A stretch of 64,000 nucleotides of DNA from positions 2,770 through 66,769 of the forward strand of contig JAFQEJ010000033.1 in assembly GCA_017399105.1 (NCBI GenBank), written 5' to 3'. The notes under the pieces were generated by a model. It made no database searches and was not told the origin of the DNA. It saw only the letters and a program-made list of their open reading frames with translations. Source of the stretch: Clostridia bacterium. Lineage in GTDB: Bacteria > Bacillota > Clostridia > Oscillospirales > CAG-272. Every line of letters begins with the position of its first letter. Position 1 is the first letter of the stretch. This document shows positions 44,816 to 54,106 of this stretch, one piece after another. The position numbers were made by a program, and so were the translations under genes.

Positions 44816-47800
44816 ATGGTACAAAACGTGAAAAAACTGCTGATGATGCTTCTTGCAGCGGCGGCGATTCTCACCTTTGTCTCCTGCAATGATGATGTGG
44901 GCGGCAATGAAACGGGTGAGGACACCGGCAATTCTGAGTTGGCTTCTGTTGTTGACATTGTCAAGGACGGCGCCAGTGAGTATATCATTATGCGCTCCGA
45001 CAATGCACCCAGCGGCTCTGCCGAAACCAAGGCTGCCATTGCGCTTCGTGCAGCAATCAAGGCTGCCACCGGCGTTGAGCTGACGATGAAGACCGACTGG
45101 GATAAGGAAGGCAATATCCCCACAGACACCAAGGAGATTCTCATTGGTGCCACCAACCGTCCCGAATCTGCCGCTGTCCTCGAGGGACTGGGCGAGGATC
45201 AGTATGTGATCAGGATGATCGGAAATCGCCTGGTCATCAATGCAACCTCGGACGAAGCCATCACCATGGCTGTGGAACGCTTTGCTGCTGAGCTGCTGGG
45301 CTACGACAGCGAAGCGGGCACCTATGCAAAGAATACTCTTTCACTGCCTGCCGACTACAGCACATCGGGTGAGTATAGCTTCCAGATCGTGGCACGTCAG
45401 GGGCTGACTACCACAACGCCCGAAAAGTATCTGACCCCCGAGATTGTTATGACCGACGGCAAATATCTGCAGAAGTTTGCTTCCTATGGTGTTACAGGCT
45501 GCATGACCTCGCTTCAGACAGGCTCGAGCTATAAGGAATTGGGTCATGTCAACTGCGACTCGATCATGATCTATTCCACCAATGAATCTACAGTCAAGTC
45601 CTGGACCGATCATGAGGATATCTTCAACATCGACATGATGATCGCCATCAACCGCGCCGTGCTGTCATGGGCGGAGGAGCACCCCGAATCGATCCAGACG
45701 AGAGCCGACGGCTCCTGGATGATGCACGGTGCAAAGGGGTCCTACTATATGGTGCCTACCGAAGAGTTTATTGAGTACCTCTGGGAGGATGTGGAGTGGT
45801 CGATCATCAACTACCGTCCCTGCACCATCGCCTTTGAGGAGCCTGAGATGTGGAATGCCTCGGGTTATTCCCAGGGCTTTAAGGATGAGTGGAAGGCATA
45901 TTTTGGCGAAGAGTGGCAGGATCCCGCCTCCTCTCCCGAGGCGCTTGTCAAGAGCATGGAGCTGAAGACCTATCTCTTCGAGCGCATCATCGGTGTGCTT
46001 TACGAGCGTGTCAAGGAGATCGCTCCCGAAACCAACTTCTATATCGCAACCCACTCCACCGTTAACTACAACGCATGGAATATCACCGCCGGACTCAACC
46101 ATTACATGGCTACCGGCAAGGTGGACGGCGTTATCGGTCAGACCTGGAGTGATACTATCCGCTCCTCCTATTCCTATAAGGGCAGAGGCACTGTGGATGA
46201 ATTCCTCAATGCATACATTGATTTCGCATCCTACATGGATTCGGTTGAGGGCACCAACTTCTATGCTCTTGCAGACCCCATGTGCGACAGCGAGAGTTCC
46301 ACCGAGGAGAAGAACCGCTACGCATATCTCCAGAATATCGTCGCATCTCTCATGCGCCCCGAGATTCACCGCTTCGAGATCTGCCCCTGGCTGAACCGTG
46401 CCTTTGAGGATGTATCCGGCTCCTACCGTACCATTCTCCAGCAGTGCTTCAACGCGCTCAACGAGGTTGGCGGCAAGGAAATCACCCTTGAAGCAGGTAC
46501 TCCCGGCATCGCCTATGCGGTGTCCGACACCATCTCCTGGCTGAAGAATACAAACTGGGCACCCGCAACCTCCACCGGTCTCTACGGTATCACCATGCCT
46601 CTTGCCACCGCCGGCATTCCTGTCAGCATCAAGAGCATGGAGCAGATCTATACCGCTGAGGATCTGAAGGATGTTAAGATTCTGATCGTCTCCTATGACA
46701 ACATGCTTCCCATGAGTGAGGATGTCAACGATGCCATCGCAGCATGGGTCAAGGCAGGCGGTACGCTGATGCTGCTCTCTGGTCAGAATGATTTCTGGGA
46801 TGCCGATGACCGCTTCTGGAACACCGGCGACAACAAGGACGGCTCACCCGTGGCAAACCTCCTGAAGAAGCTGGGCGTGGATGTGAAGGTGGTTGATCTG
46901 AATGCAAACACCTCCGCTATGATGGAAGGTATCGATGTTCTGGCAGCTTCGGCAGCCAAGGGCAGAGTAGCTTCTGCTTATCAGAAATTCTCTGTTGCCT
47001 ACGAGGGCAATGTGAAAGCTATCCTCAAGCTGGACGGCAAGACGCTCGGCTTTGAGTCTGCGGTCGGCGAGGGGCATCTCATTGCAGTCGGTCTTCCCAG
47101 TACCTACTACAGCACCAACGTGGGCTGTGAGCTGATGCTTGCCCTCACCGAATATGCAACCCGTTATGCCGATCTCGAATATGTCACCACCAACCTCATG
47201 ACCATCCGCCGCGGCAATGTGGTGGCGACCCATGCGCTGGTTAACAATGACAGACTGACCGGCAGATACATCGATATATTTGATGAGAGACTGACCGTTG
47301 TTACCGATCCCGTTGTTGAGGGAAAGGACAGCCGTCTGCTCTATGCCCTCGATCAGCTCGATCTCTCGATTCCCCGCTTCGGCTTCAGCGGCGGTGAGCT
47401 TGTGGAAGGCTCGCTGACCGAGACTGCCGAAAAGACGACCTTTACCTATACCTCGGCATCCAGCTCCACTGTCTCCACCCGACTCCTCGCTCCCGAGGGC
47501 AGATATCCCGTTTCAGCCACCGGCAAGTGCGACGGCAAGGATGTAGAGGTGACCATGAACTGGAACAACGCGACCTCCTCGCTGCTCCTCCAGAATGAGG
47601 GCAATGCCAAGCCTACCGAAATTACCGTCACATGGGGCGATACGCCCGTTGCCGACGGTCAGAATGTATACTACGCAGAGGAAAGCGTGTCGGTCAATGT
47701 CAATGGCACCGATACTCCCTACCTGATCGTCAATACCGCAGGTGCGAACAACGGACTGCGCTTCTGTGACGGTGACCGCGAGCTTATCTATAAGTTTGAT

Positions 47801-48613
47801 ATTACCAATCAGCCGGGCGCGGTCTACTCCTTCACCCTGACTCAGAACTATGTGGCAGAAGTTTCGGCTGACGGCGAGAACTGGACACAGGTTGCAGACT
47901 ACAGCCAGGGCGGTACTGTGCCTCACCTTACCACAGGCGGCAATACCTTCATCCTTTCGGTTAAGCCCGCCGACTACGGCTGCACCGATACCTTCTACTT
48001 CCACCTCTATAACTCGGATACCTCCCAGGGCTGGGGCGGCTCGCTGTCTCAGATTCAGTGGAAGTACCGCATCTCCGAGGAGGAGGCAATCAAGCGCGGT
48101 CTTGTCAATGAGTCGGGTGAGCCCGAGGAAGCTCCCGAGGAAGAGCCTGCCTATGACGAGAGCAAATATATCAACAAGACCGAAAACGGTCTGAACTATT
48201 ACAAGCGCACCGTCAAAACCAATAATAAGGATCTCGACCTTGACTACTACTACGAGGGCAATGCGGGATCAAATGACGGCGTTCGTTTCTGCGACCTTGA
48301 GAATTACGTCATCTACTACTTCAACCTCAAGGATGCATCCGACTTTGAGATCACAATGTATATCTCCCAGAACTATATCGTAGAGGTTTCGGGTGATCTT
48401 TCAGACTGGATCGAGGTTGCCGACTACAGTCAGGGCGGTACCGTGCCCCATCTTCCCAACGGCAGCAACTCTACCAGACTGAAGTTAAAGGCTGCCGACT
48501 ATGGACTTGAAGGCAAGGACTTCTATGTCTGCCTCCGCAATGCATACCCCGACAAGGGTCACGGCGGTGCTATCTCGCAGTTTGTTATCACCTATACAAA
48601 ACCGACAGAATAA
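44816..48613 (+). CDS. Very large secreted lipoprotein, probable carbohydrate-active/binding protein with two tandem C-terminal beta-sandwich-like repeats
   Basis: Lipobox LLMMLLAAAAILTFVSC. The N-terminal alpha/beta domain resembles the GH20b/DUF4838-type module. The C-terminal domain is duplicated. The start codon is uncertain (44795, 44816 or GTG 44828). Confidence 0.7.
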   Translation: MVQNVKKLLMMLLAAAAILTFVSCNDDVGGNETGEDTGNSELASVVDIVKDGASEYIIMRSDNAPSGSAETKAAIALRAAIKAATGVELTMKTDWDKEGNIPTDTKEILIGATNRPESAAVLEGLGEDQYVIRMIGNRLVINATSDEAITMAVERFAAELLGYDSEAGTYAKNTLSLPADYSTSGEYSFQIVARQGLTTTTPEKYLTPEIVMTDGKYLQKFASYGVTGCMTSLQTGSSYKELGHVNCDSIMIYSTNESTVKSWTDHEDIFNIDMMIAINRAVLSWAEEHPESIQTRADGSWMMHGAKGSYYMVPTEEFIEYLWEDVEWSIINYRPCTIAFEEPEMWNASGYSQGFKDEWKAYFGEEWQDPASSPEALVKSMELKTYLFERIIGVLYERVKEIAPETNFYIATHSTVNYNAWNITAGLNHYMATGKVDGVIGQTWSDTIRSSYSYKGRGTVDEFLNAYIDFASYMDSVEGTNFYALADPMCDSESSTEEKNRYAYLQNIVASLMRPEIHRFEICPWLNRAFEDVSGSYRTILQQCFNALNEVGGKEITLEAGTPGIAYAVSDTISWLKNTNWAPATSTGLYGITMPLATAGIPVSIKSMEQIYTAEDLKDVKILIVSYDNMLPMSEDVNDAIAAWVKAGGTLMLLSGQNDFWDADDRFWNTGDNKDGSPVANLLKKLGVDVKVVDLNANTSAMMEGIDVLAASAAKGRVASAYQKFSVAYEGNVKAILKLDGKTLGFESAVGEGHLIAVGLPSTYYSTNVGCELMLALTEYATRYADLEYVTTNLMTIRRGNVVATHALVNNDRLTGRYIDIFDERLTVVTDPVVEGKDSRLLYALDQLDLSIPRFGFSGGELVEGSLTETAEKTTFTYTSASSSTVSTRLLAPEGRYPVSATGKCDGKDVEVTMNWNNATSSLLLQNEGNAKPTEITVTWGDTPVADGQNVYYAEESVSVNVNGTDTPYLIVNTAGANNGLRFCDGDRELIYKFDITNQPGAVYSFTLTQNYVAEVSADGENWTQVADYSQGGTVPHLTTGGNTFILSVKPADYGCTDTFYFHLYNSDTSQGWGGSLSQIQWKYRISEEEAIKRGLVNESGEPEEAPEEEPAYDESKYINKTENGLNYYKRTVKTNNKDLDLDYYYEGNAGSNDGVRFCDLENYVIYYFNLKDASDFEITMYISQNYIVEVSGDLSDWIEVADYSQGGTVPHLPNGSNSTRLKLKAADYGLEGKDFYVCLRNAYPDKGHGGAISQFVITYTKPTE

Positions 48614-48635
48614 TTCTGCGGAAAATGAATAAACG

Positions 48636-48693
48636 CCCCAAAATCTATGATTTTGGGGCTGGGCTGTTGTAAATGTTCCATTTACAACAGTCC
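48636..48693 (-). repeat. Hairpin-bounded repeat element, 5' partial copy D (family H)
   Basis: Minus strand reads GGACTGTTGTAAATG-gaa-CATTTACAACAGCCC-AGCCCCAAAATCATAGATTTTGGGG, beginning a few nt (7-12 range) after the GH3 stop. On the plus strand the hairpin is followed by TCTTTTTT and can terminate the lipoprotein gene. Confidence 0.75.
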
Positions 48694-48699
48694 TCTTTT

Positions 48700-50283
48700 T
48701 TATTTGAATTTCACATCGTAGGTCAGCACGCCGCGTGCTTCGCGGAGCCCTGCCAAAACCTCAAGCGTGTAGGGGACATTGTTCCGGTCAGCCGTGCCGA
48801 GAATGATACGCTGGACATGAGGTACATCCTCCAGTACATAGGGATTTCCGAAATGCACAATGGTGGAGATGCGATCGGTAACCTGCATGCCTCTCATAAC
48901 CGCCAGAATACGCGAAGTCAGGCACTCCTGTCCGATGTAGCAATCCGACTTAAAAAAGGTGATGAAAACAACATCGTCGAAGCCAAGCGAGTTATTGAGA
49001 ATACCGACGTTTTCCGCGACGGATGGGAATTGATTGATGGTCGATACGGTCGAATTGGGAAACAGCTCGAGCAAGCGGTCAGCGATCTCCTTGGGGCGAT
49101 ACCATCCGCTCGTCATGGGACCTACTGCCTTCTCGTCAATGGTATCAAGATTGACATCGCCATCGGTCAGAATGGCGAAATAGTGTTTGCCCTCGCGGCT
49201 GATGCCCAGAGGAACGCCTGCGTCGGTTTTTGCATAAATGCAATCGGTGCTGAGCCGCTTGTAATCAATCTTTTCCTGCTCGGTCAGCGAATTGAATTTG
49301 GGTGTGATATTTACTTTGTGCTGTGCCTCGAGTATGCGCCCGGTTGCTTCGTCCAGACGGGCGTCCGTGATCATGCCGCTTCGGTATGCTTCGCAAAGTG
49401 CCTCGTAAGCCATTTCGGTTGGTTGGAAAGCTAGCGCGGTATCATTGCCATGTGCGACCGAAAGCCCGATCGAACCCATAGCTCCGAACTTTGCCACTAC
49501 GCCCATCATGTTCAGACCGTCGGTCACATAAAAACCATCAAAGCCCTGACGGCGCAGCACCTGCGTAACCTTGTGGGATAGGCTGGCGGGGTATTCGTTA
49601 TCAATGGAGGTGCAGAGATAGTGACCGGTCATGACACCATCCAGCAGATTCTCTTCAATCAGACGCAGGTAGGGATAAAGGTTGTAATCAAGCAGCCGCT
49701 CCTCTGTCGCGTAGTTCACGTTTTCTGCCATGTGGGCGTCAATTTCGGCAGCATTATCGGGCGTGCCCGGATAATGCTTGGCAACCGCCAGCACTCCGCC
49801 GTCATGCATACCGCGCACCTCTGCTATCGCCATGCGAGCTACCTCATGCTTATCATGTCCGAAGGCGCGGTTGTTACCGCCGCAGGTGACATTTTTATCA
49901 CACATATCAAGAACGGGATTGGTCAGTACATTGTAGCCGAGCTGGCGTGCACGGATGGCAACGGCTTTACCGAACAGATAAGCCAGATCGGCATCTCCGG
50001 TGCGTCCGATGGCGTTGTGATGACCGACGGGGTAAGGATCAATGCCGCACTCGGCATCTGTCATGATGAGAATGGGATAGTCGGCAGCCTCCCTAATACG
50101 GCGGAGGATTTCGTCACGTTCGCGAACACCGTTCTGAACAAACACAGCGCCCAGTGCGTGCTTTGCCATCAGGTCAAGCACAGGTGCGATCGGAAAGGGA
50201 CCGTTAATGGATTGAACAAGCGCGGTGAGCGTCATACCCAGCTTCTGCTCCACAGTCAGCTCTTCAAATCGAAGTTCCTTCAT
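48700..50283 (-). CDS. Glycoside hydrolase family 3 (NagZ/beta-glucosidase-like), cytoplasmic
   Basis: GH3 N-domain motifs (NPVLDM, KHYPG, GFYVTDGLNMMG). ATG at 50283 follows AGAGGGA. Confidence 0.85.
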   Translation of the reverse strand: MKELRFEELTVEQKLGMTLTALVQSINGPFPIAPVLDLMAKHALGAVFVQNGVRERDEILRRIREAADYPILIMTDAECGIDPYPVGHHNAIGRTGDADLAYLFGKAVAIRARQLGYNVLTNPVLDMCDKNVTCGGNNRAFGHDKHEVARMAIAEVRGMHDGGVLAVAKHYPGTPDNAAEIDAHMAENVNYATEERLLDYNLYPYLRLIEENLLDGVMTGHYLCTSIDNEYPASLSHKVTQVLRRQGFDGFYVTDGLNMMGVVAKFGAMGSIGLSVAHGNDTALAFQPTEMAYEALCEAYRSGMITDARLDEATGRILEAQHKVNITPKFNSLTEQEKIDYKRLSTDCIYAKTDAGVPLGISREGKHYFAILTDGDVNLDTIDEKAVGPMTSGWYRPKEIADRLLELFPNSTVSTINQFPSVAENVGILNNSLGFDDVVFITFFKSDCYIGQECLTSRILAVMRGMQVTDRISTIVHFGNPYVLEDVPHVQRIILGTADRNNVPYTLEVLAGLREARGVLTYDVKFK

Positions 50284-50390
50284 AGTTAATTCCCTCTTTC
50301 TGCAGTTGTTATTGCACATATGTTATACCATGCATCGACTGCGCTGTCAAGTGAAATTATAAAATGGCGCTGCCACAGCATTTTTCGTGA

Positions 50391-51443
50391 TCACAGCACA
50401 AAATCAACCCGATCTCTGATTCCCGTTGCCTCAAAGTATCGCTCCTCCATGGGAATCCATCGCTCTCTGAAATTCTGCCACATCACTTCGCCGTTTCGGG
50501 TGAGGATTCGTCGTTCCTGCTCCGCGGGGGTGATATCGAGGAAGATTCCGATGTCCGCATAATCGCCGAATTTCGGGTGCAGGCAGTAGCTTCCCTCAAC
50601 AATGCGGAGGGGGGATGCGGGAAGGCTTCGCTCACCGCCGATTGCACCGCGGGAGCAGTCGAAGATACCGTAGGTGAAGGCACCTCCGCGCAGGTAGGGG
50701 AGCACCTCATCCATGAATCGCTCGTAGTGGATGTTGCCGCCGACCTCTGCTGTGCGCTCTGCGGTGCGAAGCTCAAAGGGGAGGAAGAAATCGTCGGCAT
50801 GGATGACCGCGCTGTCAAATATGCGTCCGAGCAGCTCTGCCGCTGTCGATTTTCCCGAAGCCGCTCTGCCGTCAATGGCGATTACAAGCGGTTTTGTGGG
50901 GCATGCTGTGACCGAAAGCAGCTTAAATAGCAGCTTTAACAACAGCGGCATGAGTCTGATATAGCGCGCATCGATCACGCGATAGGCAGGATGATAGGCT
51001 GCCCGATAGGCTTCGCTGTGTCCCACGGGAGCAAGCTTGGAAAAATCATAGTCGGCGATACAGACCTCGAGCTCCCGACGGCTGAAGTGGAATTTTCCTT
51101 CGTCTGCAAATATCAATGCCTCCTCCAACCGTCTCCGAAAGCCTTCGGGGGTACCGCAGGGAAGGGCAGATGCAGCGAAAAGCTTGAAAATCAGCTCTTC
51201 ATCTATTCCGGTGGCTTTGGCAGGGGCAAGATTGATCCGTGCGTGATTGCCGCCGAGCTCCTCAAAGAGGGGGACGGTGTCATCGGGGGCTGTATGTGCA
51301 AGCTCTTCGTGAAGATAGACGCGTGCGCGGTCGGGATCGGTGATCAGATGCCCACCGCCGAATTCAGCCTGGTAACAGAGCTTGAGCAGATCGGTGGGGG
51401 TCATATCGGGGTAGAGGGTGAGCTGAGGGGTGAGTTGTGTCAT
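50391..51443 (-). CDS. Fusion protein: N-terminal domain of unknown function plus C-terminal P-loop uridine-kinase/PanK-I-like kinase domain
   Basis: Walker A IDGRAASGKST at about residue 210, followed by a HADDFF region. The N-terminal 190 aa or so matched nothing I recognise. AAAGGA RBS. Confidence 0.55.
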   Translation of the reverse strand: MTQLTPQLTLYPDMTPTDLLKLCYQAEFGGGHLITDPDRARVYLHEELAHTAPDDTVPLFEELGGNHARINLAPAKATGIDEELIFKLFAASALPCGTPEGFRRRLEEALIFADEGKFHFSRRELEVCIADYDFSKLAPVGHSEAYRAAYHPAYRVIDARYIRLMPLLLKLLFKLLSVTACPTKPLVIAIDGRAASGKSTAAELLGRIFDSAVIHADDFFLPFELRTAERTAEVGGNIHYERFMDEVLPYLRGGAFTYGIFDCSRGAIGGERSLPASPLRIVEGSYCLHPKFGDYADIGIFLDITPAEQERRILTRNGEVMWQNFRERWIPMEERYFEATGIRDRVDFVL

Positions 51444-51465
51444 GGAAGGTGTCCTTTCAATGGCT

Positions 51466-51990
51466 TCAGTTCTGTCGGTATTTCTTCACAGCCATCACAA
51501 TGAGCGGGAGGAGAATGATATGCAGTGCAATGCCGGGGAGCGCATTGATAAAGGCGCCGGCGATGAAAGCCTGCAGACCGAAGGGATTGCCCGCAGCACC
51601 GTAAACCACAGCCGCTGCGATTCCCCAGACCGCTCTGCCGCCGAGCATGGCGAGAATCAGCTTGAGATAGAGAAAGAGCGTTCCCTTTGGCATGATCCTG
51701 TCGAAAATACCGCTGAGCGCACCGTATGCGGCAAGCTCAAATGCCATGGGGATGGCAGTCATCAGCGGGGGCATGCTGAAGAGCAGATGACGCAGTAAGG
51801 GAGCGACAATACCGACAACAGCTCCCCAGATCGGACCGCAGAGGAAACCGCAGAGAAGCACCGGAATATGCATCGGAGCGAGCATGGCTCCGATCTGAGG
51901 AATCTGCCCGGTGAAGAAGGGAAGCACCAGTGCCAGCGCAAGAAACATGCCCGAAAGGGCGATTTTTTTGATGGGTGATGTTGATTTCAT
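51466..51990 (-). CDS. ECF-transporter substrate-specific (S) component, substrate unknown
   Basis: About 175 aa with 5-6 TM helices and typical S-component composition (IALSGMFLALALVL...). GGAGG lies 9 nt upstream of the ATG. No ECF A/T genes in the window. Confidence 0.7.
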   Translation of the reverse strand: MKSTSPIKKIALSGMFLALALVLPFFTGQIPQIGAMLAPMHIPVLLCGFLCGPIWGAVVGIVAPLLRHLLFSMPPLMTAIPMAFELAAYGALSGIFDRIMPKGTLFLYLKLILAMLGGRAVWGIAAAVVYGAAGNPFGLQAFIAGAFINALPGIALHIILLPLIVMAVKKYRQN

Positions 51991-52183
51991 TAAACGAAGT
52001 CCTCCAAATAAAAAAACGCGAAAGCACTTCTGTGCCTCTGCGTCTTCTGACAGTATGGGTGTAGTGTGGGGTTAACGCGATCAAATTGAATGCGGAATTC
52101 TTCCGCAGCGTAAAATCTTTCCGCAGCGTAATTAAATCTGCGCCGGGGCATTCTTGCCGCCGTGAGGACTTCTGTCCACAGAT
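51991..52183 (-). promoter_or_regulatory. Structured 5' leader with intrinsic terminator immediately upstream of the ECF S-component RBS (candidate riboswitch/attenuator)
   Basis: Minus strand has hairpins GGAC-agaa-GTCC and CGGcGGC-aagaat-GCCCCG, then a tandem 18-nt repeat TTACGCTGCGGAA (plus-strand 52101-52131). The terminator is ACGCAGAGGCAC-agaa-GTGCTTTCGCGT plus TTTTTTT (plus-strand 52010-52043). Confidence 0.4.
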
Positions 52184-52237
52184 ATTCTACCATAGTCTGC
52201 GGTCGATTGCAATGGTTTTCCTCAAACTGTGTATAAT
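52184..52237. promoter_or_regulatory. Back-to-back divergent promoters sharing one palindromic -35 hexamer
   Basis: TTGCAA (52207-52212) is its own reverse complement. Leftward, 17 nt lead to TAGAAT (52189-52184, minus). Rightward, 19 nt lead to TATAAT (52232-52237), which is preceded by TGTG (extended -10). Confidence 0.4.
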
Positions 52238-52296
52238 TTTTCCCCGAGTGTGCATGCTAATGGCAAATCCATCGACTATTAGCAAGAGAGGTAACA

Positions 52297-53328
52297 ATGA
52301 ATCGTCCATCGGTTGCATTCTATGACACCAAGCCCTATGACCGCGAGTGGTTTGACCGGATACCGGCACCCTTTGATATTCACTACTTTGAGAGCAAGCT
52401 CACTCCCGACACCGCGCCCCTTGCCGAGGGCTGCAGCGCGGTCTGTGCCTTTGTTAACGACGATATTTCGGCGGCCGCTGTGGATGCGCTGGCTTCCCAC
52501 GGCGTCGGAGCCATTGCCATGCGCTGTGCGGGATACAGTAATGTGGATTTTCGTGCCGCTTATGGAAAGCTCCATATTCTGCGCGTGCCTGCCTATTCAC
52601 CCCATGCCGTCGCCGAGCATGCCATGGCGCTGCTGCTCTCGCTCAACCGCAAGATTCCCCGTGCCGCCAACCGCACCCGCGACTTCAACTACAGTCTGGT
52701 GGGACTCTGCGGCATGGTGCTCAACGGCAAAACGGCGGGGGTCATCGGAACAGGGCGGATCGGGCGCTGCTTCATCGATATCTGCCGCGGCTTCGGCATG
52801 CGGGTTGTCGCCTACGATCCTTATCCCGCCGAGGGGGGCGGTATAGAATATCTTCCTCTGGATGAACTGCTTTCACAGGCGGATGTGATCTCGCTCCACT
52901 GCCCGCTTACCGAGGGAACACGCCATATCATCAGCCGTGACGCGCTCTCGAAGGTCAAGCCGGGGGTGTTCATCATCAATACCTCCCGCGGTGAGCTCAT
53001 CGATACCGAAGCGCTCATCGAAGCCCTTGACGCAGGCGTTGTGGGCGGTGCGGGATTGGATGTTTACGAGGAGGAAGCCGACCTCTTTTTCGAGGATTTT
53101 TCGGGGCAGATTCTGCTGGACGATACCCTCGCTTTGCTCACCTCCAAGCCGAATGTGCTCATCACAGCCCATCAGGCGTTTCTCACCGAAGAGGCACTCG
53201 AAGCGATTGCACGGGTGACGGTGGAGAATCTGCGCGCATATTTTAACGGCGAGCCGCTGCAAAATGAGGTCTGTTATCACTGCGGCGGCGGTGAGTGCAG
53301 AAAAAAGCAGAACGGGAGGTGCTTTTAA
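52297..53328 (+). CDS. ldhA: Fermentative D-lactate dehydrogenase-like D-2-hydroxyacid dehydrogenase
   Basis: Collinear similarity to E. coli LdhA as recalled from memory (VCAFVNDD, RCAGYSNVD, RVPAYSPHAVAEH, GVIGTGRIG, VISLHCPLT, NTSRG, HQAFLT). Confidence 0.85.
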   Translation: MNRPSVAFYDTKPYDREWFDRIPAPFDIHYFESKLTPDTAPLAEGCSAVCAFVNDDISAAAVDALASHGVGAIAMRCAGYSNVDFRAAYGKLHILRVPAYSPHAVAEHAMALLLSLNRKIPRAANRTRDFNYSLVGLCGMVLNGKTAGVIGTGRIGRCFIDICRGFGMRVVAYDPYPAEGGGIEYLPLDELLSQADVISLHCPLTEGTRHIISRDALSKVKPGVFIINTSRGELIDTEALIEALDAGVVGGAGLDVYEEEADLFFEDFSGQILLDDTLALLTSKPNVLITAHQAFLTEEALEAIARVTVENLRAYFNGEPLQNEVCYHCGGGECRKKQNGRCF

Positions 53329-53334
53329 CCATCC

Positions 53335-53667
53335 TCAGAATATCTGCTTGGCGGTCAGCTTGATGATCAGCTTCAGATCATCCGGCTGAACTTTCGCCTC
53401 ATGGGCAGCCTTGTTCCTGCGGATCGCTCCGCATTTGGTGCAGCGGTGATAGATGATGTAGCCCTTTTTTGCATCGGGCTCTGCCTTTACCGGCTCCATC
53501 TGCCCGCCGCATTCGGAGGCACGGTCACCGGGATTCTCGTCCAGATGCAGTGACCAGAGGCACTTGGGACAGTGATTGCGTGAGGTGTAGCCAAGCGGCT
53601 TTACCTCATATCCGCAGTGAGCGCAGATAAAGCCGCTGTCATTCTTTGTAAAGCGTTTGTTTTCCAT
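53335..53667 (-). CDS. RNHCP-domain zinc-ribbon protein
   Basis: FICAHCGYEV...SRNHCPKCLWSLH...RCTKCG. Confidence 0.75.
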   Translation of the reverse strand: MENKRFTKNDSGFICAHCGYEVKPLGYTSRNHCPKCLWSLHLDENPGDRASECGGQMEPVKAEPDAKKGYIIYHRCTKCGAIRRNKAAHEAKVQPDDLKLIIKLTAKQIF

Positions 53668-53668
53668 G

Positions 53669-54067
53669 TTATGCTTCCTTTATAAAGGTTATTGCCGCCC
53701 GCAGGATCAGCAGAAGTGAAATGGCAATGCCGGCGGCGGTGATGCAGCGAATGCCGTATAAAAATATGCAGAGCGAAGCGAAAGTACATCCCACGGCGAG
53801 GATGCGGTCGATCTTTACCAGCTTCGGCGGCGATTTGAAGAGCAGAATCAGCGCAAGGATGCTTGATATGACGCTCAGCCAGGCGGTGATCACCGGTGCA
53901 AAGTTGGCGTACCCGAAGAGGATCATGTCAAAATAGGCGAAGGTGCGGCGGTGGGTGGCATCCGGTGTGGCGAAAATCAGCACTGCCGAGATAGGAAGCG
54001 CTTCGAGAATCAATGCTACTCCATTTATAATCAGCGCTAAAATCCGAGTTTTTTCATATGAAACCAC
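53669..54067 (-). CDS. Hypothetical 4-TM membrane protein
   Basis: Four hydrophobic helices. Its stop lies 1 nt before the RNHCP gene start. Confidence 0.5.
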   Translation of the reverse strand: MVSYEKTRILALIINGVALILEALPISAVLIFATPDATHRRTFAYFDMILFGYANFAPVITAWLSVISSILALILLFKSPPKLVKIDRILAVGCTFASLCIFLYGIRCITAAGIAISLLLILRAAITFIKEA

Positions 54068-54106
54068 CTTTTATCAGTATAAATTCAAATTACGGAGGAA
54101 ATCAAT

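Noticed and set aside
51991-52183. Assignment of the ECF leader to a known riboswitch class (TPP, FMN, cobalamin, preQ1-I, THF, ZTP, NAD+)
   Set aside because: None of the conserved cores I know were found: CUGAGA/ACCUGAUCUGGAUAAUGCCAGCG, the FMN core, GCCACUG, and a preQ1 stem with an A-rich tail. A CTACACCC and an AACCCC string are present but lack the flanking pairing partners. This was inspection by eye only.
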